A stretch of 53,652 bases of DNA from Prorocentrum cordatum (Eukaryota). This document shows positions 1-9,170 of the stretch, piece after piece. The DNA lies in assembly GCA_963575745.1 (NCBI GenBank), contig CAUYUJ010000302.1, forward strand, positions 62,001 to 115,652. Direction: 5' to 3'. A model generated the notes under the pieces. That model was not told the DNA's origin, made no database searches, and saw only the letters and a list, made by a program, of their open reading frames with translations. The position numbers and the translations under genes are program-made. How positions within the stretch are numbered: the stretch's first letter is position 1; every line of letters starts with the position of its first letter.

Positions 1-5
1 TCCAG

Positions 6-1866
6 GTGTTATCTCGATTGGGGTGCGCAGTTGAATATCTTTGGAGGGTTGAGCGACGAGGATTTCCTTGGGTTCTTTTCCTTACCTTGGAGCGGCCTGG
101 GACGAAGGATCGAGTGAGCAAGATGTCCCAGCACCTGATGGACCCAATATCTTTGAGGATCATCACCGACCATCCAGACCTTCAAGGTGACCTGTGCGAT
201 GCCAAGATCTTCGCCTTTATGTTGAAGTGGCCGTGCGACAACGGACCGCAGGAGAGAGCATTCGCTCGGATCAGGAGAACAGTGGAGTCGAAATCAGCCC
301 ACCTTCCGCAGATATCCTTCTCTGACATGTCAAACGAATGGATGTTCCAACAGTCCGCTGCCAGAGCATCGCGCCAACTATTTACTGACGAGTTGGGTCA
401 GTCTACCGAACGCCGATGTCTTGAACCAGGAGACGGCAAGAGGTGGACTACGGCAGGTGGCGCATGGAGGGCATTTTGTAGGAAGAAGCTTTTGGCTAGC
501 AGCGGCGTTGCCGACTTTTCCACATGGGCGGTTGAGTACTGGAACCTGCCCCCCGACGAGAAGGCCCAGCTGAAGGAGATCGGGGCATCTGCGGCTCTCG
601 CGAATCGTTCCGGCCTGGTGACCACGAAGTCTTCATTCGGCCCGACGCCCTCCGAGGCTGGTCGGAAGGCGAAGCGCCAACAGTCGGTGACGGAGGCGAT
701 CCAGAACGTTGGGTGTACTGAGGTCGAGCTTTGTTCGCGGATTCCGCATTGTCAGCTTCCGTCGCTGGATGAGGCGCTCACGTCGTGCCGCGCAGTGATG
801 AGGGTCAAACGAGAGCGAGATCGACATTCGCTCCAGAACGACATCAAAGCCATTAACGATTTCAGAGAAGGCGTCGGCAAGAACCAAGTCGCCATGATGA
901 GTGAACGCGCGGCAGCTCACATTGATATTGGCATGAAGTTCGTTGCCGTCCCTGCGTCTGGAAAGCTACGAGTGGTAGAGCCTTCCTATCAGGTATCTGC
1001 GGATATTGGTCGTGCTACGGCGTGGGCATCTACGAGGTACAAGTCCTCTGGCATGTGCTGCGGGCTGGAGGCCTTCAACAAGTGGGCGCACGATTTCATC
1101 ACTCATGCAGCGGCGCCAACAGAGCTCGACGGGATGAGGGGCAGTGAATACCGCAAGTGCTGTGACGCCGAGATGTGCATATGCGTTGGTCGGGGCAAGG
1201 ATCTGGCGAACCGCGTCGCGACGTTCCTCGGACTGGTGAAAGGTATTTGCAGCCCAGGGACTTCAGCACGATCGATGTTGGGCGATGGCAGGCTCGTGGC
1301 CGAGCTCATCGGCCATGGCCCCGACGGCCCCGACGGGGAGGACCTGAACTTGTACAGCTGGCTGCATTTTGGTCTTATGTATTGGTCGCCGTACCGCCCG
1401 ACCTTCATGGAAGTGGTGCCCGTGGAGCCGATTGAGGATCTGCCACCGAGAGACGACAGAGTCTACATCAAGGCGACGTGCCAGTTTAAGACATTGTTCA
1501 AGGCGCTAGACCTCTTGTTGGATTGCTCTCACTGGTCTGTTCGGTGGTACGTCCTGGAGCACTCGGGCAGGCCGATCGCGAACTTTTCGCCGTTGGTTGT
1601 TCCTGTGCTGCCTCTGGACGGCTATGCGGTGGCGCCTTTCTGGCCGCGCCATGGCGCGGCCGCGCGGGCCCCTGGACCTGGCGAGCACCACCTACCCGCT
1701 GCAGACGTCGAGGAATACATCGATGGCGTTGACCTCCCCGAGGGCGAGAGCGACCACGGGGGCGGCGACGCCGTCTGCGGCGGCCACGCCCACGCCGACG
1801 TGAGCGACGGCGATGATGAGCTCGATGACTTGATCGATGAGCTCGAGGCTGCCGCCGAAGTGGGCA
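6..1866 (+). CDS. Internal exon of a putative DDE (hAT-like) transposase with an HMG-box-like segment and a Cys cluster; 5' end lies outside the window
   Basis: Starts right after an acceptor (tccag|g at 5/6) and gives ~620 codons of complex protein. CDNGPQERAFARIRR resembles the SxxERxFS motif around the third catalytic Glu of hAT-type transposases. GGAWRAFCRKK...ADFSTWAVEYWNLPPDEKAQL resembles an HMG box. CCDAEMCIC is a Cys cluster. After ~1866 the ORF runs into pyrimidine-rich intron-like sequence. The family call is inference and the 3' splice point is uncertain. Confidence 0.5.
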
Positions 1867-2707
1867 GGGGGCAGGGGGCGGTAGCATCCCCCACTTGCTT
1901 CCCTTTCCTGTATCCCCCCCGTCCTCTCGTCTCTGCCTCCCGTCACCCCCTCGTCCCCGCCCCCCCTTGCTCCTGTCCACGCCGTCCTGTCTCTTGTAGC
2001 CCCCCCATCCCCTCGATCTCAGCACCTACCGCTCTCGCCCCCCTCCATCCTTGCCCACTCCTCCTGCCTCGTCCTCGCCGTCAACGCCGATACGTGACGC
2101 TTCGCGGTTTCCCGCCAGCCAGCCCAGATACGACCCCCAGGCGAGTTGCCCTGATCAGGGAAGTGCAGTCCCAATCAGGGGGGCCATGGGGTGGGGGGGT
2201 GCAGTCCAACCGAATCTCTGGATTCACAGATCGCCGATCTTGGCACCCTCTCGGGTCTGCAGAATGCAGGCCCCGTCGAGACAGCTTCGGTCGCATCTGG
2301 GCTGAAGCGACCGATCTGGCCCCAGCGTGACCATTTGGCATTGGGTTCGTGGCCGATCGCTTGTTTCGGGCGGTCCACGGGGGACTTGGTAGGTGTTGGG
2401 CCATGTCGGAAACAGCAACGGCCCGCCCCGAGGGGGAGAGGGAATGGGGGTTGGAAGAGGTATCCAGGCCACCTCCGCCCAGAGGGACGGTAGGGTCCTC
2501 GCCCCGTGCCCGCGGGGCGAGGATCCTACCGTCGTGAGCTGTTTTGGTACTCCATGCCCGTCATGAGCTGGTTTGGCCCAGCGGGGCGGCGGCGGCCCCG
2601 TCGGAGCGACGGGGCGGGGCCGCCGCTTGCTTCCGCGGCGGCGGCGGCACTCGAGAGCCAGCTGCACGGCCCGTGGGCCTGCCAGGGTTTCGGTAAACCT
2701 CCGCTTA

Positions 2708-3616
2708 TTCCTCCTCCTCCTCCTCCTCCTCCTCCTCCTCCCCCTCCCCCTCCTCCTCCTCCTCCTCTTCCCCCCTCCTCATCCTCATCCTCATCCTCCT
2801 GGTCCAAATCCTCCAAGCAGCGGCGGCGCTCGAGAGCCAGCTGCGCGGCGCGTGGGCCCGCCAGGGCTTCGGCAACCACCCGTGGGCCCGCTGGCGCGGG
2901 CTCGGGATCGTGAACGGCCTCCCCCCTCCCTCTCTCCCACCCTCCTCCTTCCCCTCTCTCCTCCTCCTCCTCCTCCGCCTCATCATCATCATCTCTCCCC
3001 TCTCCTCATCCTCCCCTACTCCTCCTCCTCCTCCTCCTCCCCCCCCTCCCCCCTCCTCCTTCTCACCCCCCCTCCGCCTCCTCCCCCCCCTCCTCCTCCC
3101 CCTCCTCCTCCTCCTCCTCCCCCTCCTCCTCCCCCCCTCCTCCCCTCCTCCTCCTCCTCCTCCCCCTCCTCATCCTCCTCCTCCCCCACCTCCTCCTCCT
3201 CCTCCTCCTCCTCCACCTCCACCTCCTCCTCCTCTTCCTTTTCCTGCCCCTCATCCCCCTCCTCCTTCCCCCTCCTTCTCCTCCTCCTCCTCCTCCTCCT
3301 CCCCCTCCTCCTCCTCCTCCTTCATTCTCCTCCTCCTCCTCCTCTCCTCCTCCTCCTCCCCCCCCCTCCTATCTCCCCCCCCCCCCCCCTCCCCTCCCCC
3401 CTTCCTCATATTCCTGCTCCTGCTCCTCTCCTCCTCCTCCTCCTCCACCTCCTCCTCGCCCTCCCCACCATCCTCCTCCCTCCTTCCCCTCCCCCTCCCC
3501 CTCCCCCTCCCATTCACACCCCTCCCACTCACCCGTCTTCCCCATCCTCCTCCCCCCCTCCTCACCCTCCTCCTCCTTCTCCTCCTCCCCCTCCTCCTTC
3601 CCCTCCTCCTCCTCCT
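2708..3616 (+). repeat. Intronic polypyrimidine (CCT)n/C-rich tract
   Basis: Directly visible; it produces the poly-P/S/L ORF artefacts. Confidence 0.9.
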
Positions 3617-3703
3617 GCAAGCCATGCCAACTTCCTGATAGGGGGTGGGATGAGAGGAGGGGGGGGGGGGGGGGGCGGGAAGAGGGGGGCAGAGGAGCAA
3701 GGG

Positions 3704-4061
3704 GGGGCAGGATGGGGGGAGGGCACAATCAGCGGAGAGTGCATGCACCTTTCTCTCCTGAACGCTTTTGTAGGTAGAAAGCTGCCCCTCGCACCATCTC
3801 CTTATTGGTGCCGTCAAGTTTAGGAGTCCGAAACCACAGGAAGTTTAGGGGTGTGCGCTGCACGGGCGCCAGCGCGATCAGGAGCAAGAGCAGGGGCAGG
3901 ATGGGGGGAGGGCACAATCAGCGGAGAGTGCATGCACCTTTCTCTCCTGAACGCTTTTGTAGGTAGAAAGCTGCCCCTCGCACCATCTCCTTATTGGTGC
4001 CGTCAAGTTTAGGAGTCCGAAACCACAGGAAGTTTAGGGGTGTGCGCTGCACGGGCGCCAG
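3704..4061. repeat. Near-perfect tandem duplication, period 189 bp
   Basis: GGGCACAATCAGCGGAGAG...GCACGGGCGCCAG starts at both 3721 and 3910. Confidence 0.95.
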
Positions 4062-4133
4062 TGGGTGCCATTCCGATGAGTCGGTGTAGGTTTGTCCGTT
4101 TGTCAGGCCCCCAGCACATGCCAGCGCGATGTC

Positions 4134-4172
4134 AAGCAACGCCGAGTCTAAGCCTTAGACTCGGCGTTGCTT
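4134..4172. other. Perfect 39-bp palindrome (19-bp arms, 1-nt centre)
   Basis: AAGCAACGCCGAGTCTAAG-C-CTTAGACTCGGCGTTGCTT. Confidence 0.95.
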
Positions 4173-4218
4173 TACATTATGCTGGGGTGCGAGGCTATAA
4201 AACCTCACCACGCATCAC

Positions 4219-4540
4219 GGAGGAGGAGGAGGAGGAGGAGGCGCAGGAGGAGGCGCAGGAGGAGGAGGGGGAGGAGGAGGGGGGGAGGAGGGCGACGACG
4301 ACCACGAGGCGGCGGAGGCGGCGGAGGAGGAGATAGAGGAAGATGAGGAGGAGGAGGAGAAGGAGGAGGAGGAATATGATGAGGATGAGGATGAGCAGGA
4401 TGAGGAGGAGGATGAGGAGGAGGAGGAGGAGGAGGAGGAGGGGGGGGAGGGGCAGGACCAGGAGGAGCACGCACACACGCACACGCACACGCACACACAC
4501 ACACCCACAGGCACACACACACACACACGCACGCACGCAC
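4219..4540 (+). repeat. (GGA)n polypurine tract followed by (CA)n
   Basis: Directly visible. Confidence 0.9.
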
Positions 4541-4746
4541 ACCGTGGCAGCCACGCGCGTCGTGACGCGCGCCCTGCGCGTCATGGCGCCCCGTCGTAAC
4601 TAATGGACTTCTGGACTTTTGGGCGGCCCCGTCGGGGCCAACAGCGAAGTCGCCAAGGGGCATGGGCCTGGGCCTAGGGCGGGGTTGGTGATGAGCACGT
4701 GGTCTTAGATTCGGAGGGGAGGTGTCCGCCCTTCTCGCTGCGCCAG

Positions 4747-5345
4747 CTGGGGGTCCAGTGGGCGAGCCAGGCGGCGGAGGCGACGTCCAGCCAGATCCAG
4801 TTGGCGGGGGCGCAGGGGGCCCGCCTGCTGCGCCCGAGCTGCCGCATCCTGCCGCCCCCCCGCCAGGTGACGAGATTCCGCCTCCGCCACCGCCCCATCC
4901 CGTTGCAGCGAGGGCAAAGGCTATCGCTGCTGATGCTTCTATCAGGGTGGCGGGTGGCACTATAAAATATTATACTAAGTACAGGAATTTTGAGGCGATT
5001 TGCGGCAACCCCGATCACCATGTTTGCGTGGTTCGGCGCACGCCACTGGCGAAGCGCCTCCATGGCCCTGATGGGCTTCCAAGGGGCGGTCGGCCCGTAG
5101 GTTTCTTGGTGTCGTGGCTAAGCCTTGCCATGTCGACACACACCAGGGAAGAGCATAAAGATCAGCTCAGGGTTTGGAACTTTTGCAGCCCAGTGGGCCG
5201 CCGCCTGCATTTTAGGAATCAGCTTCGGGTTCACCCTGCCCACGAGATCCTCTTTTCTCGGGAGAGGGATCAGGAGGTCGCTCGCGGCGAGGGCGAGGAG
5301 CAGGCAGATCTCATAGACTTGTGGGACAAGCCTGCTGATGCATGA
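4747..5345 (+). CDS. Probable terminal exon of the transposase-like gene; Cys/His-containing C-terminal domain
   Basis: Acceptor cgccag| at 4746. A G/P linker is followed by complex sequence IKYYTKYRNFEAICGNPDHHVC...GRPVGFLVSWL...HTREEH and a TGA stop. Joining it to the upstream exon is inference; the phases are not resolved. Confidence 0.5.
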
Positions 5346-5609
5346 GTGTGCGTGACTGTGCAATGCGCATTGCATTGATGTTTGTTCCAGGGGGCTGGGA
5401 CAGTGAAAATAGAGCGTTCGGTCGGCGGGGGCGCCCGAGATGTGTGCGAGCAGCACTAGCGCCAGGACTGCCACGCACCCCTTTCCTCCAGCACTGCGCG
5501 GGCCGCGTGGTAACCGCGCGAGTTACTTGCTCGCGCGCGCGCGCGCGCGGGCGTACACATGCAACCTTTCTTAGTGCGTTCTTCTCGTGAGCTTCGCGGC
5601 TGGGCGTAA

Positions 5610-5880
5610 AGTAACTTTAGTTGCACTTAGAAGTGTCTTGCAGCTAACGGCACGTGATGCCCGAAACCCACTTTAGTTGCACTTAAGAGCGCGCGCACGC
5701 ACACATGCCACCGTCACTTTAGTTGCAACTAAACGCGGTTAAGTTACAACTAAACGCGTTTAGTTGTACTTACACTGTGTTTGACATACCGTGCGCAGTG
5801 TCGTGTAAGTGCGGTTTAGTTGTAGTTACGTCGCATTTGTCATGTAGCTCTGAGGCAACGCGAATGTGCAATTAAAGTGT
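5610..5880. repeat. Intergenic cluster of TTTAGTTGCA/CAACTAAA motifs in both orientations
   Basis: Several copies, including the perfect palindrome TTTAGTTGCAACTAAA (~5718-5733); an AT-richer island. Confidence 0.8.
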
Positions 5881-6611
5881 CTGTGTGTTCTATAGTATGG
5901 CGCTGTGAAAAGTATGGCATGGGGTAGGTGCGCGCGCGCGCTGAAGCTCTGGCACGCGCGCCTAGCGCGCGGTGCTGTTCGCGGGGTGACGTTGGGGAGG
6001 CGCCGCCTGCACTTGAGGTTCTGTTGCTTCTGGCCCGTGTCGAGGCAAGGCGCAGCTGGGTGCAGAGGGGTGCGCCCGTGCGGCTTGAGAGTCCGAGAGC
6101 GGCCGTGGGGGCCGCTGGCTTAAGGGAGGGAGGGGGGGGCGGGGGGGGGGGGGTGGGGGGAGATGGGGGGAGGGGCCAGGAGGGCGGGGGTGGGAATTTG
6201 GGGCACGAAATGGAGGGGGGGCGTCAACAGAAGGGTGGCGGGGATTGCGTTGACAACGAAGGTCGAGGACGGGGGGGGGGGCGGATGAGTAGGGGGTGCG
6301 AGGAGGAGGAGGCGGAGGAGTAGGAGGGGGCGGGTGCGAGTCCAGCTTCGCTTGCGGGCGACGGCCACTTTTCGTTTGGACTGCCGCTGGCGTGGTCATC
6401 TGCCCCCCTCACGCCCCGACTTGCCCGACCCATCCCGCCGTTCCCGAGCCTCGGGGCCGAGCGCCAAGAGGGCCTTGCCTTGCGGTTTATAGACGTTCTG
6501 GGAGGGGGAGGGGAGAGGTAGGGATGAAGGGAAAGGGAGGTTGGAGACGGGGTAAAGGTCACTCCAGAGATGGGGGGCGGAGTCCAGCCCCTGGTCAGGG
6601 ACGCCAACACA

Positions 6612-6836
6612 TGCAGCAACAGCGTTGCTGATACTGACGCAGAAAAGGGCACCATAACAACAGCAGCGTTACTGACGCAAAAGAGGCCCCCCAGTACAGC
6701 AGCAGCGTTGCTGACGCAAAAAAGGACCCCAATACAACAGCAGCGTTACTGACGTAAAAGAGAACCCCAGTCCAACAACAGCGCTACTGACGCAACACAT
6801 GAGCCCAGTACAACAGCAGCGCTGCTGGCGCAACAA
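6612..6836 (+). repeat. Minisatellite of ~43-bp units (5-6 copies), core CAACAGCAGCGTTACTGACGCAA
   Basis: The core recurs every ~42-44 bp; the array is bracketed by a 14-bp inverted repeat and a 12-bp direct repeat. Confidence 0.85.
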
Positions 6837-7527
6837 AAACAAGGATTGACCCAGGCGCAGGGGCTGGACTCAGAAGGTCACTCCATCTATAGACGACCCT
6901 CAGACTGGTTGCCCTGATCAGGGATGTGTAGGATCACTCACTGTAACACGAGGAAGGGTTGTAGTCAAATGGAGTGGTACCGAATCGCATTGACTAAGTG
7001 ACAGACCATTCGCCTCTTGCCCCAGCGAGCTGGTCCTGCTGACACCTCTCGTGTCATGTCGCATCTCATGCAAGAAACCTAGCGGCACGTTCTCACATAT
7101 TCGAGTCTCGTGGCAACCCTTTTGCCGCGGATGACCCCGTTGAGCCCCCCTGTTTTGGGCCGATTGGGCAACGTCGAAATCCAATCGACCGATGTGGCCC
7201 AAGTGGCTCCACGGTCTATTGAGTTCGTGACCAACTGGTCGCCTCGGACCCACACGATATTGATCTTGTTGGCCCCGCTCGGCCCGCGCCGAAAAAAAAC
7301 ATTGGTCGACGTTGCCCGAACGCTCCTCCACCGACACCCCTCCCCCGCCCCCTTGTTTCGCCATCCACCAGGCTGGCGCAGCCAGTGCCGCCCCCCTCCC
7401 CCCCCCCCCGCTCGCCCTTGCACCCGCCGCTGCTCTGACTCGAGACATTTTGGCGTCTTGTCTTGGGTGAGTGTCATCCATTCATCACGTCACCGCCCCA
7501 GCTGAGAGCTGGGCCCCAGTTCCCACG

Positions 7528-7959
7528 ATGGCCAAGACAATCGAAGAGATGTTGAGGGAGTCAAACGCCGCCCTGGCCCAGCAAGTCAGGGTCCTCACGG
7601 CAGAGGGCAAAAAGAAGGATAAGACGATCGTCAGCATGAGCGAGGCTATCAACAGCGTCGCCCTGAAGTTCCAGATCAAGGCAGCCGATACCCCCGAGGC
7701 AAAGGAGGCGGCGAGGCAGGAGTGGAAAACAGCAGCTCGGCTCAGGTCGAGGAAGCGCCTCAAGGTCAGTCACTCGAATCAGGGGCCCGCCGCTCCCGTG
7801 CCCCCGCTGCGGGCGGATGGGGACCCCGTGCCCGCCGACCCCCCGCCGCCTCCAGCTGAGGAGCCGCCTCAGTCAGCGGAGGGGCCGTCTGCAGCGGAGG
7901 AGCCGTCAGCAGCCAGCGGCTCGGGCGGGCCGCCAGGTGACCCCGATTGTGATCCATGA
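7528..7959 (+). CDS. Small intronless hypothetical protein (143 aa): helical N-terminus, basic RLRSRKRLK, P/E-rich tail
   Basis: ATG at 7528 follows a cccag site; GC3-rich codons; TGA stop. Confidence 0.55.
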   Translation: MAKTIEEMLRESNAALAQQVRVLTAEGKKKDKTIVSMSEAINSVALKFQIKAADTPEAKEAARQEWKTAARLRSRKRLKVSHSNQGPAAPVPPLRADGDPVPADPPPPPAEEPPQSAEGPSAAEEPSAASGSGGPPGDPDCDP

Positions 7960-8892
7960 GTTTGATGGTGGCACTTACGTGCCCAACAGTCGGAGCGGGC
8001 CAATGGCCTCGGTGATGAAGCCCGTGGCCCCCTCTGTGATCCCATTGCACGATGCGTCGCAGTAGGCCAGAGCCACGTACTCCCGAGGTGGATCGGCGAT
8101 GGCTCGCACCCACGGCGCTCGGGGGACATCGGTAACTCGGGAGATGGATGGAGCATGTGGAAGGAGGACGGGAATGGGAGGGCGTGCGTGCATGACCCGT
8201 TCAGTTGGATCTGCGTTGGCCGAAGTTTAGGTTAAGTGCAGCTTGCAGCCGTCGATCGCACAACTTTAGTCTCTCTGCAGCGGCGTTTTAGCGCACAAGT
8301 TTTTCCAGCGCTGAGCTCGGCCTGCGCTTGCCAGCCATCGGGCCACCGCATCGAGATGCCAAGAGCACCACGGAGCCAAATGCTTCTAAACAACTAATGC
8401 CCCAAGAGTCACATCCGACCTCCCCGCTCCCTCGCGCGTCGGCCGTTGTGCCGACTCTCGCGCCCTCCTCCTGCGCCCCCCACTTCTTCTTCTCCCTCCT
8501 CCTCGTCTTGCTTCCCCCCATCCCTCCTCACTCATCCACCACCGTCTTCCCTCCTCCGTCCTCACTCATCCCTCCTCGCTCATCCCCGAAGCAGGTTGTC
8601 CTCGTGTTCTGTGGCGGTGATTCGGCGATGACTCGGCGATGACTCGGCCCGAAAGTGGTTTCCCTGGTATTGTGCGTCGGTGACTCGGAGACTGCTCGCG
8701 GCGGCGTGGGCATGGGGACGCACGGGGGGCGCGCGGGGAAGCATTTGTGGACAAGTGGATGCGAGGGGAGCCAATGGGCCCATGGGGGTGCATGGAGAGC
8801 CATGGGGATACATGGGGAGCCACGGCGAGCTTTAGGGGCGCATGGGGACGTGTGGGATGCATGGGGGGCCATGAGCAGACAGAGAACACTAT

Positions 8893-9023
8893 GAAACGTG
8901 ACGCATACCTGACAACGCAATCTCCACTAATGCAGAGAGCACACGTACCTGACACATACCCGACAACATCATCTCCACTGATGAACGGGGAACAAGGGCA
9001 AACGTGACATATACCTAACAACA
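8893..9023 (+). repeat. Three degenerate ~50-55-bp repeats upstream of the 9171 gene
   Basis: ATACC(T/C)(G/A)ACAAC occurs three times and ATCTCCACT(A/G)ATG twice. Confidence 0.7.
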
Positions 9024-9170
9024 TGTTGCCCCCCCTCCCCAACCGCCCCCCCCCCCCGCCCGCGGCATTGTCGGCCCCAGCTCTGCTGTTCCGCGGGCTC
9101 GCTCGCAGGACAAGCGACAACCTATGATTTTGTAGAGTTCGGAACCGACCCAGCCCCCAGCCGCGCGACC

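Noticed and set aside
2328..2345. CCATTTGGC as an SL relic
   Set aside because: Short gapped match in an intron with no credible downstream ORF.
2573..4603. Long poly-P/L/S/E/R ORFs
   Set aside because: They are translations of microsatellite tracts.
6612..6836. CRISPR-like repeat-spacer look
   Set aside because: The spacers resemble each other, the repeats are degenerate, there are no cas genes and the context is eukaryotic.
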